From Escherichia phage KBNP1711, in the sequence record NC_023593.1: a stretch of DNA of 64,000 nt; one strand, 5' to 3'. Positions 1-10,391 of this stretch are shown piece by piece. Numbering within the stretch: position 1 is the stretch's first letter; the number at the start of each line of letters is the position of its first letter. The notes beneath the pieces were generated by a model. It made no database searches. It had not been told where the DNA came from and was given only the letters and a program-made list of their open reading frames with translations. The translations under genes were made by a program, and so were the position numbers.

Positions 1-673
1 TCAGTACGGTTCCTCAGTCTACTACGGTGGTGGTGATTTACCAACTGGTATTGGATTCTACAGCGGGGACACGTCACCTTTTCCGGGAGGTAATGGGGCA
101 CCCTTCACATATGCGGAGATAATGACTATTGCTGAAGGTGGTCGTGGAGGTAACTGGTCCCAAATAGGGTTCTCTACTATCACATATGAAGCCCCTCGCT
201 ACAGACAAAGGACTAGTGACCCTTCTTTAATCACAAACTGGCGTGACTTCTTAGTAAGAGATTTGAACACTACCGTAGATGTTAATGGTTTTGTTAAGAT
301 TGCATCACCTATAGTCAAACTAAAATCTGACGGGTCTTCTGAAGTCAATGACCAAGCCCAAGGAGTAACAACCGAAAGATTAGATGTTGGTGTTTATAAG
401 ATCTCTGGAGTTCTAGGTTTTAACTCAGACCCTTCTTGGGGAGGTAATGGTGGCGGTTTCTCTATCCCTCAAAACTCTAATGGTTTGCCTTTGTTATGGG
501 TGGATTACGAAGTTGATGAAGAAGGTGATATTACTCTGAAAACTTACCATCGAACTCACGAGGGAGTTCCTTCTTTTGCAAGTAATGTAATAGAAGGTGT
601 GGTGGATGGAGAACCTATTGACATTCCAGAAGGACGTTGGGTAGATCTTCGTGTAGAGATGCCAGCCGAGTAA
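1..673 (+). CDS. virion protein, C-terminal part (5' end outside window); likely tail fiber/receptor-binding module
   Basis: Frame is open from base 2 to the stop at 671-673 (track ORF 122..673 is the Met-internal part); Gly/Asn/Ser-rich; directly upstream of a tail fiber gene. Confidence 0.45.
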   Translation, partial: QYGSSVYYGGGDLPTGIGFYSGDTSPFPGGNGAPFTYAEIMTIAEGGRGGNWSQIGFSTITYEAPRYRQRTSDPSLITNWRDFLVRDLNTTVDVNGFVKIASPIVKLKSDGSSEVNDQAQGVTTERLDVGVYKISGVLGFNSDPSWGGNGGGFSIPQNSNGLPLLWVDYEVDEEGDITLKTYHRTHEGVPSFASNVIEGVVDGEPIDIPEGRWVDLRVEMPAE

Positions 674-682
674 ATAATATAT

Positions 683-701
683 GCTCCCTTCGGGGAGCTT
701 T
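683..701 (+). terminator. stem-loop gctccc-ttcg-gggagc followed by TTT (terminator or RNA processing hairpin)
   Basis: Perfect 6-bp GC stem with TTCG loop read directly after the stop at 673. Confidence 0.3.
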
Positions 702-713
702 AAGGAGATTTTA

Positions 714-2840
714 ATGTCTAGAGAATTAATGCCCAAATCTGGCATAATGATGCCTCATGTTGTAATTAACCGAGATGCTGCGGTAGTGGGTGTTTCCACT
801 ATTGACGGTATTGCTGGTGCTGTAGATTTAACAGGAAAGTATCTACAGAAAACTGATGCTGCTGATACATACCTAACTAAAACAGATGGAGCTACTAAAA
901 CTTTTGTAACTGATGCAATAGGCCCTATCATGTCTGGTGCTTTGTTTAAAGACGACCCTGTTGTTGCAAACGATGTAGCTTTCCGTTCAGGTGGGGCCAA
1001 TGGTGTAGAATCTGTTGATATGATCAAAGTCACTCCGGAGAATACTATCAAGTTAGGTAGTTATGCTTCTTCCGTTCAGGGTGTAGAGATTCACTCAGCT
1101 GGTCGTCTTCAGGTTGTTGATCAAAACGACAGTGGTATAGAAACTAAATACCCTGTGTACTCTAAGCGCTATCGTCCTGAGATTGAAGATTTACCTTTTG
1201 CTGCAATTGGTTCTTATGTTAAGGATTCAAAAGGTCGTACTGTTGGTGTAACCCGTACCGGTATCAACTCTGATATCAAACAACTTACACAGAAAGTCAC
1301 TTTTACTCAACCTGTAACCGTAGCCGATGCTGTAGGCGATTATGATGCAGTGACACTGAGACAGCTTAAGAATCAGGGTGGTGGTTCTGGTGGTCCTACC
1401 ATGAGTGGTATTTCTAACTTTGGTATTGGTGATTTTCACCTACGTGACAGTCGTGCTTTCATCCCCGCTTTTGAGGTAGTCTCTGACGGGCAGCTTTTGA
1501 ATCGCGCTGACTACCCTGATTTATGGGCTTATGCTCAACTCTTAACTCCAATCAGTGACTCCCTTTGGTTAGAAGACCCTTACCAGAGAGGTAGGTATTC
1601 CACAGGGGACGGCTCCACCACTTTCCGTGTTCCAGACCGAAACGGTATTCAGCCTAATTCCCTTCCGGCTCTTTATGGACGAGGTGATGGTGGTGCTTCC
1701 GCAGCTAATGGTCAAGTGTTTGATTCTGCAGCCCCTGACATTATTGGCTCTGTTGCAGCATATTCTGCTGGAACTTATGCCCAGCTTTTTGGAGTAGCTG
1801 CCAATGCATTTGAATCTAGCAATGCCTTCTTTCCTCAAGGTACAGGGGATACAATACCTCCGGGGTCTGGGCCAGTCGATGGTCGATATAACACTATTGA
1901 GTTTAAGGCTTCCAGATATAATGGAGTTTATGGTCGTAGTAACACAGAAATCATGGGTCGTAACTTTGTCGGTGTGTGGACTATCCGTGCTCATGGTGGA
2001 TTCACTGCTGCTAATACTTCTTGGTCTGTTATTAACAGTGACACTGTTTTGCCAAACACTGGAACTTCTATTAACGGTGGCTCTATTATATCTGAGTACA
2101 AAGTGGGCACAAATGTTGAAGGTTCTGCTTCGTTCAAAATGGCCGGTGCAGTTGGGGCTGCCTATTCTGCTCGTATTACAGTTTCCAATAAAACTTCAGG
2201 ATCTAGTAAAACTTTTGATTTTTTAAGCGATGGAGACCTAAGCGTTCCAGGAAGCTTGCTTACTCTAGAAGGCAATGTCGACGCTAAAAGTCAACTGATA
2301 TCTCGAGGTGGTCGGATAGTTCTTGTAGGTAATAATGATCAAAGCCAATCTTTTATTGAATTTAACAGCAACAATGGTTATACTGTGTACGGAAGATTTT
2401 ACTCAGAACGTGATGGTGACATTACCCTATCAACATCTACAGCCGGAGCTAATCAAAAATATTTTCAATTTCTCAAGGATGGAAGTGCTACAAGCTCCGG
2501 AGGGTGGATCAATTCTTCTGATATCAGAATTAAAGAGAATATCGAACCTATTAAAAACCCACTAGACAAAATGAGGAACATTAAAGGTGTTTCTTGGAAA
2601 CTTAAAAATGGAGGGAAGGTAGGATTTGGTTTTATAGCGCAAGACGTCGAAGTAGATTTCCCTGATGCGATTTCTGTTTCGGGTGATATGGAGATGGCAG
2701 ACGGGTCTTTAGTGAAGGATGTGAAGTCTGTTAATACCTATGGTGTTGCAGCTGCTTTACACCACGAAGCTATTCTTGAACTTATGAAGCAGGTTGAAGA
2801 CCTCAAGAAAGAGGTGTCAGAGCTTAAGTCTAGTAAGTAA
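714..2840 (+). CDS. tail fiber/tailspike protein with C-terminal intramolecular chaperone (peptidase S74-like) domain
   Basis: C-terminus SSDIRIKENIEPIKNPLDKMRNIKGVSWKLKNGGKVGFGFIAQDVEVDFPDAISV matches the self-cleaving chaperone domain of phage fibers; ATG at 714 preceded by AAGGAG; track ORF starts upstream at 681. Confidence 0.7.
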   Translation: MSRELMPKSGIMMPHVVINRDAAVVGVSTIDGIAGAVDLTGKYLQKTDAADTYLTKTDGATKTFVTDAIGPIMSGALFKDDPVVANDVAFRSGGANGVESVDMIKVTPENTIKLGSYASSVQGVEIHSAGRLQVVDQNDSGIETKYPVYSKRYRPEIEDLPFAAIGSYVKDSKGRTVGVTRTGINSDIKQLTQKVTFTQPVTVADAVGDYDAVTLRQLKNQGGGSGGPTMSGISNFGIGDFHLRDSRAFIPAFEVVSDGQLLNRADYPDLWAYAQLLTPISDSLWLEDPYQRGRYSTGDGSTTFRVPDRNGIQPNSLPALYGRGDGGASAANGQVFDSAAPDIIGSVAAYSAGTYAQLFGVAANAFESSNAFFPQGTGDTIPPGSGPVDGRYNTIEFKASRYNGVYGRSNTEIMGRNFVGVWTIRAHGGFTAANTSWSVINSDTVLPNTGTSINGGSIISEYKVGTNVEGSASFKMAGAVGAAYSARITVSNKTSGSSKTFDFLSDGDLSVPGSLLTLEGNVDAKSQLISRGGRIVLVGNNDQSQSFIEFNSNNGYTVYGRFYSERDGDITLSTSTAGANQKYFQFLKDGSATSSGGWINSSDIRIKENIEPIKNPLDKMRNIKGVSWKLKNGGKVGFGFIAQDVEVDFPDAISVSGDMEMADGSLVKDVKSVNTYGVAAALHHEAILELMKQVEDLKKEVSELKSSK

Positions 2841-2846
2841 TCTAGT

Positions 2847-2865
2847 AGCCCCTTCGGGGGCTTTA
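2847..2865 (+). terminator. stem-loop agcccc-ttcg-ggggct after tail fiber gene
   Basis: Perfect 6-bp GC stem, TTCG loop, weak T tract. Confidence 0.3.
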
Positions 2866-2936
2866 GTAGTGAGTATGTTCAAGAAGTAATGAAACTACTA
2901 TATCACAAAAGGAATACACATAGGAGATACGAAGAG

Positions 2937-3155
2937 ATGAAAATGATGAAACAAATCAGTTATGGGTTAGCTTGTGTTGCTACCGGTTTTGCTGTGTCAG
3001 TGGCTGTTCCTGTTAACGCTGTGCATCCTCTGGTAACACAACCTGCACCTGTTGAGAAATTGAGTGCATCATGCAAGCAGCGTACAATTCAAAATAATCT
3101 TGTGGTTATTTGTCCGGACTCTGATTCTAGTGCTCTGAGAAATATGCTTCAGTAA
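2937..3155 (+). CDS. small exported protein (signal peptide, two Cys)
   Basis: MKMMKQISYGLACVATGFAVSVAVPVNA signal-like N-terminus; TAGGAGA 9 nt upstream of ATG 2937. Confidence 0.4.
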   Translation: MKMMKQISYGLACVATGFAVSVAVPVNAVHPLVTQPAPVEKLSASCKQRTIQNNLVVICPDSDSSALRNMLQ

Positions 3156-3185
3156 TTCAGGGCTGACTAGAAAGGGAGGTGAAAA

Positions 3186-3677
3186 ATGGATAATGTCGCA
3201 TTGCCACCGATACAACTGAGCTTAAGCCCAGAAGGGATGGAATTCATCATGAAGCATGAAGGTATGAGAACTCGTGCTTACCAAGATTCCGCAGGTATCT
3301 GGACGATATGTGTTGGGGCTACGCGCGATATGAATGGGTATCCAGTTAGACAGGGATTAACGTATTCTATAGAGGATTGTCTAGCTCTGCTAGATAGAGA
3401 CACACAAGACTCTGTTCGTGCCACTCAGAAAAATATTAGGGTTCCTTTGTTAACCCACGAGTTTGATGCTCTCACCTCTTTCAACTTCAACGTTGGTGGT
3501 GGAGCTTTATCAACTTCTAAACTTAGGAAAGTTATTAACGGGGATGTGAAGGGTGATGTTTATTCTGAGTTCCTCCGTTGGGATAAAATTACAGTTAAAG
3601 GTAAGAAGATTAGTAGTCCGGGGTTGAAGAATCGTAGAACTGCTGAAGCTGATCTTTACACTGAAGGTAAATACTAA
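3186..3677 (+). CDS. lysozyme (glycoside hydrolase family 24-like muramidase)
   Basis: EGMEFIMKHEGMRTRAYQDSAGIWTICVGAT motif typical of phage GH24 lysozymes; GGGAGGTG RBS. Confidence 0.8.
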   Translation: MDNVALPPIQLSLSPEGMEFIMKHEGMRTRAYQDSAGIWTICVGATRDMNGYPVRQGLTYSIEDCLALLDRDTQDSVRATQKNIRVPLLTHEFDALTSFNFNVGGGALSTSKLRKVINGDVKGDVYSEFLRWDKITVKGKKISSPGLKNRRTAEADLYTEGKY

Positions 3678-3688
3678 AAGGAGTTGTC

Positions 3689-4492
3689 ATGGCAGTAGAA
3701 ACTAATGCTAACACAATTAATGACCTCAACCCCCTGTACCCTCGTGACAGGGATTATCTTTACGAAGGGGCGGCTCAGATTCGCCTTGTTAAACAAGTAT
3801 TGCAGAATACTTTTCCAAACGTAACAGAGCCAGTTCAGTTGGACTCAGATTCTCTCAATATTCTGGCTAGCAAAGTTACCTTTACTGGTGACTCTATGGA
3901 TGTTGGTGGGTTGATGATCAAGAATGCCACTCCGGGCACAGGTGATAGAGATGTTGTTACTAAAGGCCAGATGGAAGCTTTCATGCAGAACTGGATGGCT
4001 AACAAAGTATTCAGAATTGGTTCTTACTATATCACTGAAGAAGATATTAACCCTGGTGATAGTTCTTCTCTTGGTTTTGGCTCTTGGGCTAAAGTGACTG
4101 GCGTTATCATGGGTTCTGGTGTAGTAAACCCTGATGGTTCTGTTCCTAATGCTCAGCGTGTTGAATTCCAAGCAGGTGGTACAGGTGGTCGTGTGTTTAA
4201 CACTGTCCGTTCTGATAACCTACCTCTTGTAACTATTAACGGTTCAAGCTTCTCAGTGTCTAGTAACACACACAGTCATAACATGGTGTTTGGTCGTGGT
4301 GACGCAAGTGGTCATAACAGTTCCCCTAACTGGTATAGTCCGGGTGGTGGTTATAATCAGAGAACTGAAAATGATACACACTCTCACACAATCTCTGGTT
4401 CTGTATCTTTTGGTCGTGATGATGTTTCTCGTCAACCAATCAATACTTTACCACCTTTCCGATCTGCACACATCTGGAGACGTATTAGCTAA
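3689..4492 (+). CDS. tail fiber protein with tail-collar-like C-terminal region
   Basis: THSHNMVF...HSHTISGSVSF...QPINTLPPF pattern resembles the phage tail collar domain. Confidence 0.5.
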   Translation: MAVETNANTINDLNPLYPRDRDYLYEGAAQIRLVKQVLQNTFPNVTEPVQLDSDSLNILASKVTFTGDSMDVGGLMIKNATPGTGDRDVVTKGQMEAFMQNWMANKVFRIGSYYITEEDINPGDSSSLGFGSWAKVTGVIMGSGVVNPDGSVPNAQRVEFQAGGTGGRVFNTVRSDNLPLVTINGSSFSVSSNTHSHNMVFGRGDASGHNSSPNWYSPGGGYNQRTENDTHSHTISGSVSFGRDDVSRQPINTLPPFRSAHIWRRIS

Positions 4493-4501
4493 GGAGGAAT
4501 T

Positions 4502-7500
4502 ATGGCGTTATACCCTATAAAATCACTTGGGGCTATCGGTGTTATCGCTGATCAGGCACCAACTGATTTAGCACCTAACGCTTTCACCAACGCTATGAAC
4601 GCTCGGTTTGTTGAGCAGAGAGTTTTTAAGACGGGGGGCAATGCCCCTCTTTCTTACGTGGAAGAAGACAAAGATCTGACTCCACTCTCTTTTGTCTCCA
4701 TGCCTTTCGATTATTATAGCGCAGGAAATAGCTTCCTTGTAGTAGGTACAGATAAGAAGTTATATAAACTGACAGATGAAAGCTTAACCGATATCAGTCG
4801 TAAAGTTGCTACGGTAACTAAGAAAGCTTCTGCTATCATAAAGATCTATCCAGTGGTCTCAAGGATTGTTCCTAAAGAGAGCACTGTCACAATGAACTTT
4901 AACCAGACAAAAGAGTTAGAAGTTCAGGTTTTTCCAGAGGATGCTAATAATGCCAATCTGACTTGGGAAGTAAGTAACCCTTCTTATGCCAGTATTGCAG
5001 TAAATCCTACAGATTCTAAAAAAGCCACCCTTACTACGTTGTCTACAGAAGGAACACTGTCCATTACTGTTTCCACTGAAGATGAATCTGTGACAGCTCA
5101 AATCTCCGTTAACATTGTTGATGGGGATACGGGTATCTTCTTGAGTCAAGACACAATCACAATTCGAAGAGGTGGTACAACAACTCTTACTGCTATCTCA
5201 GGTAAGACTCCTATCACTTGGATTAGTAGCAATGGTGGTGCTTTGTCTGTGACACCTAATGCCAATACACTAACTACTGTTCTCAATGCCATGGGAGAAG
5301 GAACTTTTACTGTTACAGCTGATAATGGCTCTAAGTCTGCTACCTGTACAGTTAATGTGATACCTCAGATTGATTCTATTTCTCTGAGTCAGACAGATGT
5401 TCAGATGGATAGAGGGACTCAGTATGTTCTAACTGCAACAGTCAATCCTGCTGATGCTCCTAATAAAGCAATCACTTGGACTTCCTCTAATCCTAATATT
5501 GCTACAGTATCAGGGACAAGTACAGAGGCTACAATTACTGGACTTCTGGCTGGGTTTACAGAGATTACAGCAGTAACAGAGGAAGGTAGTCGTTCAGCTG
5601 TTTGTACTGTTCGTGTCAACCTAGCAGGTAGAATGCTAAATACCAGAAGTCTAGCGATGGCTGCTAGTGCACCTCTAGTAGAAGAGTTCAAAGAGGAAGA
5701 AGAACCAGTTGTACAGAATGAAGAAGTTGTTTACTTCATGTCTGACTCTATGGGAATTGATACCTCTGGCATGGCTGAAGGCAACAACTTCTTTGACTAC
5801 TCTAACGTATTCGATATGGAAGGTTTTGCTCGTGCTGCGGAGAACTCAAGAGCTGTTCCTCTGACAAATGTGACATTAGATATTGTTGAAGCTTCTCTAG
5901 ATGTAGGTGAAGAGATTGTCATAACTGCTACAGCAGCTCCAGAAGGAGATTACTCTTATCAGTGGGTTGTTGATAAAAGTGGTTATGTTTCTACTACCTC
6001 TACAACTGGTAGGTCTTTGAAACTTACAGCTGTTCGTAAAGGCGAGATTAAAGTTACATGTACGGCGAGTCAGATGACTCAAAGAGATTACGATGCTTTT
6101 GATGATTACCCTTGGTATCATGCAGTAATCTCTAACTGTGCAGTAGCGACAACTCACTATGAAACTCCTCAGGTTAAAGAATTCGAATCTGAATACTTTA
6201 CAGACCTTCCGGGATGGGGTGAACAGACAGTTGTTGATGGTGACGGAAACCCTTCTGTTCGTAAATTTAACTGGAAGTGCGAAAGGGTTAGAGCTTTTAA
6301 CAACAGGCTATTTGCTCTGAATATGAGAGAATCTAATGCCTCTGGTGTTACCACTCATTATCCTTTACGTCTTCGCTGGTCTAACTTTGCGAATGAGAAC
6401 AAGGCTCCTACTTTGTGGGATGATTATGCTTACGACCGACTGACAACTTCTGATCTTTCAGCGAACATTGTTGGACAGACTGAAGCTCTTGAGAATGGTT
6501 ATGCAGGATATATTGATCTGGCTGACTCTAATGGTAGTTTGATTGATGTTCTCCCTTTGAAAGATTACTTATTTGTTTACACCGAGTTTGAAACCTACAT
6601 TGGTTCTCCTACTAACAACACATACCAGCCTCTGATGTTTAAGAAGCTGTTTAATGATTCAGGTATTCTTGCTCCTGAGTGTGTGGTTGAAGTAGAGGGT
6701 GGTCACTTTGTTGTAACCCAGAACGATGTGATTCTTCATAACGGTGCATCTAAGAAATCTATTGCATCTAACCGTGTCAAGAACATGCTCATTAATGAAG
6801 TGTGTTTGGTAAACCCTCTAGCGACTAGAGTTCACTTGCACCAAGATAAGAAAGAGGTTTGGGTCATGTATGTTGGGCCGGGAGAGCCGAAAGAAAGTTT
6901 TGCTTGTACAAAGGCTGCGGTCTGGAATTACGAGTTTGACACTTGGTCTTTCCGTACTATCCCTTATGCTCAGTGTATTGGTCTTGTAGATCCTCCTGTT
7001 CTCGAAAGAGGTCCAGTGTGGACTGACTTCCAAACTATCACTTGGGATGACCCTGCTATTGATAAGCTGGTGTGGAGAAAGGATGCAACTAACTTCCGTC
7101 AGAGAATTACTATCGTAGGCTCTTTCTTAAGGGGTTTCTATCAAGTAGATGTTGGTGCTTTGGATTATTTCTATGACAGAGCGAATGACAAAATAATAGA
7201 GCGTCCTCTGGAAATGAGGTTAGAGAGAACGGGGATTGATTTTGATAACGTTACTAACGAATGGAATCAAAAACATATCAACCGATTCAGACCTCAGACT
7301 ACAGGTTCTGGTACGTATATCTTTGAAGCTGGAGGTAGTCAATTCTCTAATGAGTATGGTCACAACCACACAACTAAGAGTTATACGATTGGAGTTGATA
7401 GGCACGTAGCTGTGAGACTGAACCATCCATACCTATTCTATAATGTTATAGATAATGATGTTAACAGTAACGCAGCCATAAATGGGCTGACAATAGAGTT

Positions 7501-7522
7501 TAATGTTGGCGGTCGAAGATAA
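4502..7522 (+). CDS. large virion structural protein with tandem Ig-like (Big_2-type) domains
   Basis: 1006 aa; repeated ~80-aa units ending ...SATCTVNV / ...SAVCTVRV typical of bacterial Ig-like group 2 domains. Confidence 0.55.
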   Translation: MALYPIKSLGAIGVIADQAPTDLAPNAFTNAMNARFVEQRVFKTGGNAPLSYVEEDKDLTPLSFVSMPFDYYSAGNSFLVVGTDKKLYKLTDESLTDISRKVATVTKKASAIIKIYPVVSRIVPKESTVTMNFNQTKELEVQVFPEDANNANLTWEVSNPSYASIAVNPTDSKKATLTTLSTEGTLSITVSTEDESVTAQISVNIVDGDTGIFLSQDTITIRRGGTTTLTAISGKTPITWISSNGGALSVTPNANTLTTVLNAMGEGTFTVTADNGSKSATCTVNVIPQIDSISLSQTDVQMDRGTQYVLTATVNPADAPNKAITWTSSNPNIATVSGTSTEATITGLLAGFTEITAVTEEGSRSAVCTVRVNLAGRMLNTRSLAMAASAPLVEEFKEEEEPVVQNEEVVYFMSDSMGIDTSGMAEGNNFFDYSNVFDMEGFARAAENSRAVPLTNVTLDIVEASLDVGEEIVITATAAPEGDYSYQWVVDKSGYVSTTSTTGRSLKLTAVRKGEIKVTCTASQMTQRDYDAFDDYPWYHAVISNCAVATTHYETPQVKEFESEYFTDLPGWGEQTVVDGDGNPSVRKFNWKCERVRAFNNRLFALNMRESNASGVTTHYPLRLRWSNFANENKAPTLWDDYAYDRLTTSDLSANIVGQTEALENGYAGYIDLADSNGSLIDVLPLKDYLFVYTEFETYIGSPTNNTYQPLMFKKLFNDSGILAPECVVEVEGGHFVVTQNDVILHNGASKKSIASNRVKNMLINEVCLVNPLATRVHLHQDKKEVWVMYVGPGEPKESFACTKAAVWNYEFDTWSFRTIPYAQCIGLVDPPVLERGPVWTDFQTITWDDPAIDKLVWRKDATNFRQRITIVGSFLRGFYQVDVGALDYFYDRANDKIIERPLEMRLERTGIDFDNVTNEWNQKHINRFRPQTTGSGTYIFEAGGSQFSNEYGHNHTTKSYTIGVDRHVAVRLNHPYLFYNVIDNDVNSNAAINGLTIEFNVGGRR

Positions 7523-7527
7523 CAACT

Positions 7528-7556
7528 AAGGGGCTTCGGCCCCTTTTCTTGTTTTT
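7528..7556 (+). terminator. rho-independent terminator (aaggggc-ttcg-gcccctt + T run)
   Basis: 7-bp GC stem, TTCG loop, followed by ttcttgttttt. Confidence 0.55.
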
Positions 7557-7573
7557 AAACTTTGGAGGTACTT

Positions 7574-8542
7574 ATGGGTGCTGGAGGTTTTCGTAAGAAT
7601 ACTGGACGCAACAACACCACACTTCCCTATAATGTTGGGTTTCTTAATAGGGTAGAGGATACAGAAACATATAACACCGCTGTCTATGATGAATTACAGA
7701 AAGTCAGTACAGCAACTAACCAAATGTTCCAAGCAATCGACGAGATTCATGATGAGATTGATGTTCGTATCAAAGCTCTTAATGCTATGAACCTCCAGTT
7801 TGATGAGCTTGAGAATAGAATTACTACAGAGATTGAAACAGCTATTGCAGATATTATCACACAGATGGGTAATTTATCTACTGAAGATATTTGGGATAAT
7901 TCAACCGTTCCTCCTACTAAACTGGATGGTACGGTAGCTGGTATTAAAACTAGCATTGAAGGGAATGATGTAAAGATTCAAACTGTTCAGGGGATTGTTA
8001 ATGAGCAGGGAGAGGAGATTGCTTTAGTTCAAACAGAACTTTCTAACATTAATAGCAGTCTTTCTCAGTATATGAAGCTCACGGACTACGAAGCTACTTG
8101 GGGTGTTAATTCTAATGTTAATGGTCGATACGCTGGAGTTAAATTAACTAACAACGGAACGAACAGTGCTTTCCAAGTGACTGCTCAGAAGTTTATTGTC
8201 GGTGATGGTAGCTCTGGTAACACCCCTTTCGTCTTTGAGAATGGTAGGGCTAGAATGGAGTTCGCTGATATAAAGAATGTCAATATCACAACTGCCATGA
8301 TTGCTAATGCTCGTATTCAGTTTGCTCAGATTGATAACGTGTGGATTACTGACGGTCAGATTGCTAACCTTACTGCTAACAAGATTACTGCTGGTTCTAT
8401 GAGTGGTTCTAATTGGAGACTTACAGTAGGTGGGGATTTTGTGATGGGTGGTACAGGTGGTTCTCAATTGTGGATGAATGGTAATAGAATAGATTTTTAT
8501 GATGGGAGTGGGACTCTTCGCATAAGAATAGGGAGTTGGTAA
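7574..8542 (+). CDS. putative tail fiber/tail-associated protein
   Basis: GGAGG RBS then ATG 7574 (track start 7562 is TTG); N-terminal coiled coil, Gly/Asn-rich beta-type C-terminus. Confidence 0.45.
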   Translation: MGAGGFRKNTGRNNTTLPYNVGFLNRVEDTETYNTAVYDELQKVSTATNQMFQAIDEIHDEIDVRIKALNAMNLQFDELENRITTEIETAIADIITQMGNLSTEDIWDNSTVPPTKLDGTVAGIKTSIEGNDVKIQTVQGIVNEQGEEIALVQTELSNINSSLSQYMKLTDYEATWGVNSNVNGRYAGVKLTNNGTNSAFQVTAQKFIVGDGSSGNTPFVFENGRARMEFADIKNVNITTAMIANARIQFAQIDNVWITDGQIANLTANKITAGSMSGSNWRLTVGGDFVMGGTGGSQLWMNGNRIDFYDGSGTLRIRIGSW

Positions 8543-8543
8543 T

Positions 8544-9578
8544 ATGGCATATGGAATATGGACAAGACCTGTTGGTCCAGGTCCGGCGGCACCTGCTGAC
8601 ATTTACATCGATAGTGGTAGCACGTTTCCTCAACTCAAGAATAGAGTTAGCGGTAACTTTGCATTTAGTGGAAACATATGTGACCTCCCTATAAACGGGT
8701 GGGATGGAAGTGGTCAAATAGTTATTGTCCCGACAGGTTCTGTGGTATGGGAAAGATACATACCGCCTAATGTGACCTCAGACGTATACTGGATAAACAA
8801 TATCTCAGTTATTAATAACTCTACTTTTCGAGTTACTATGGATTATAATGTTAATGGGTGGGTCTTTGATATGGCTTTTAATGTATATCAGATATGGCCT
8901 AGAGCTAATAGAAACTACGGAATTACTTTTTCTAACACAGCTGATTACTTCTCTATTTCTGACTCTGGCACTGTTGGTCAGTGTATCTGGGCTTGGGAAG
9001 GTGATATAAACGGCTCTCTTCAGATACCAGATATTGGAGGTTTTGATATGAGCCGGGCAACTGTTTATGCAAACTGGAGTCACGGAGGGGCTGGGTTGTT
9101 GTATAACCCATCTAACAGAGTTGTTTATGTGTACCAAAACAGATCTCACGATAATAGTAACACAAACCAAACAGGGTCTATTGGTGGTGTTAGGATTGCT
9201 GTTTTCTGCGATGGTTCTGGAGTACCAACTCACAACGGTGGCCTAAATATCTTTTCCCCAAATGGGTCTCAGTGCGTATTCTCTACCTACAGAACCCCTT
9301 TTAGTGTTGAAGGGTTTATGCCTATGAGTGGAGGTAATACATCTCTGGCCTATCCAATGATACCACTGTCTTATGGGGCTGGGGCTATACGAGGAAGTGC
9401 TAGTGGTTGGTACTTTCAACACACAAGATCTCATATGATGAATGGATCTTCTTTTGGGACAGGGTATGGAAGAATGATATACTCTTGGTCAAATCAGTAT
9501 GATCTCGGTGGTGGGGGTGCTCTAGGATTAAGTATTCCGGTATTAGACGCCAAGAAGATTTTTAGAAGCATACAATAA
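8544..9578 (+). CDS. hypothetical virion protein
   Basis: 344-aa ORF tightly coupled to neighbours in the structural operon. Confidence 0.4.
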   Translation: MAYGIWTRPVGPGPAAPADIYIDSGSTFPQLKNRVSGNFAFSGNICDLPINGWDGSGQIVIVPTGSVVWERYIPPNVTSDVYWINNISVINNSTFRVTMDYNVNGWVFDMAFNVYQIWPRANRNYGITFSNTADYFSISDSGTVGQCIWAWEGDINGSLQIPDIGGFDMSRATVYANWSHGGAGLLYNPSNRVVYVYQNRSHDNSNTNQTGSIGGVRIAVFCDGSGVPTHNGGLNIFSPNGSQCVFSTYRTPFSVEGFMPMSGGNTSLAYPMIPLSYGAGAIRGSASGWYFQHTRSHMMNGSSFGTGYGRMIYSWSNQYDLGGGGALGLSIPVLDAKKIFRSIQ

Positions 9579-9587
9579 GGAGAGGAT

Positions 9588-10382
9588 ATGGATAGAATTT
9601 TAGGAGTTTCAGAACTAGACCCACTGGTTCAACAAGCTGCTAAGAAGTATGGTATTCCTGCTGCTCTTGTTCATGCGGTTATTCAGAGGGAATCTAGTGG
9701 CAAACCCTCTGCTGCTTCAGGAACAGGGCCAGTAGGATTGATGCAGATTAGTAAAGGTTTGGCAAAAGATTATGGTTACAAATTAGAAGATCGTCTAGAC
9801 CCAGCTAAGAATATCGACATGGGTGCTAGATACATCAGGGACAATCTAAAAGCGTTTAATGGTGATGTAAGAAAGGCAATGGTAGGTTATTCAGAAGGGA
9901 CTGGTGGTGCTAAGCAAATGTTTGCTGGTAAGAAAGGGTTCACCCCTCAAGCACTAGACTCCATGAACAACAAACACTTCCTCCCTTTCTTTAACCCTAA
10001 TGATGCAGCAAGACAGACAGCAAACCCTGTAGGAGCTTTACAGGAGGCTCAAGTTGTAGATCAATACAATCCATCAACACTAACTCGTGAGGGTGCTGCA
10101 AACGCTCCTACACAGGCTGAGGTGATGGCTAGTAAGACAGGCGCTCTTGGTGGGAAACCTGCTGAGTTCTACGCTGAAGAAGTGCAAGGTCAAGACCAAC
10201 AAAGACCTCAGAATTTTGGTAATGCTGCACTTGCTGCTGCTGCAATGCTGGCTGGTAAAGTTCCTAACTCACAGACTGTTCAAAGAGCGCATGCACCTAC
10301 TGGAGCTTCCTCTAATTACAGTCCTCAAACTCAAGCGGTGCTCAGACGTTTAGCAAGCATCGGTACAGACATTTACAGGTAA
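9588..10382 (+). CDS. lytic transglycosylase (SLT domain), virion-associated
   Basis: AAKKYGIPAALVHAVIQRESSGKPSAASGTGPVGLMQI is the canonical SLT catalytic region. Confidence 0.75.
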   Translation: MDRILGVSELDPLVQQAAKKYGIPAALVHAVIQRESSGKPSAASGTGPVGLMQISKGLAKDYGYKLEDRLDPAKNIDMGARYIRDNLKAFNGDVRKAMVGYSEGTGGAKQMFAGKKGFTPQALDSMNNKHFLPFFNPNDAARQTANPVGALQEAQVVDQYNPSTLTREGAANAPTQAEVMASKTGALGGKPAEFYAEEVQGQDQQRPQNFGNAALAAAAMLAGKVPNSQTVQRAHAPTGASSNYSPQTQAVLRRLASIGTDIYR

Positions 10383-10391
10383 GGAGGTTCT

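Noticed and set aside
4502-7522. 1006-aa Ig-domain protein as major capsid protein
   Set aside because: No HK97-fold hallmarks recognisable by eye and it is flanked by fiber genes; called only as an Ig-like-domain structural protein.
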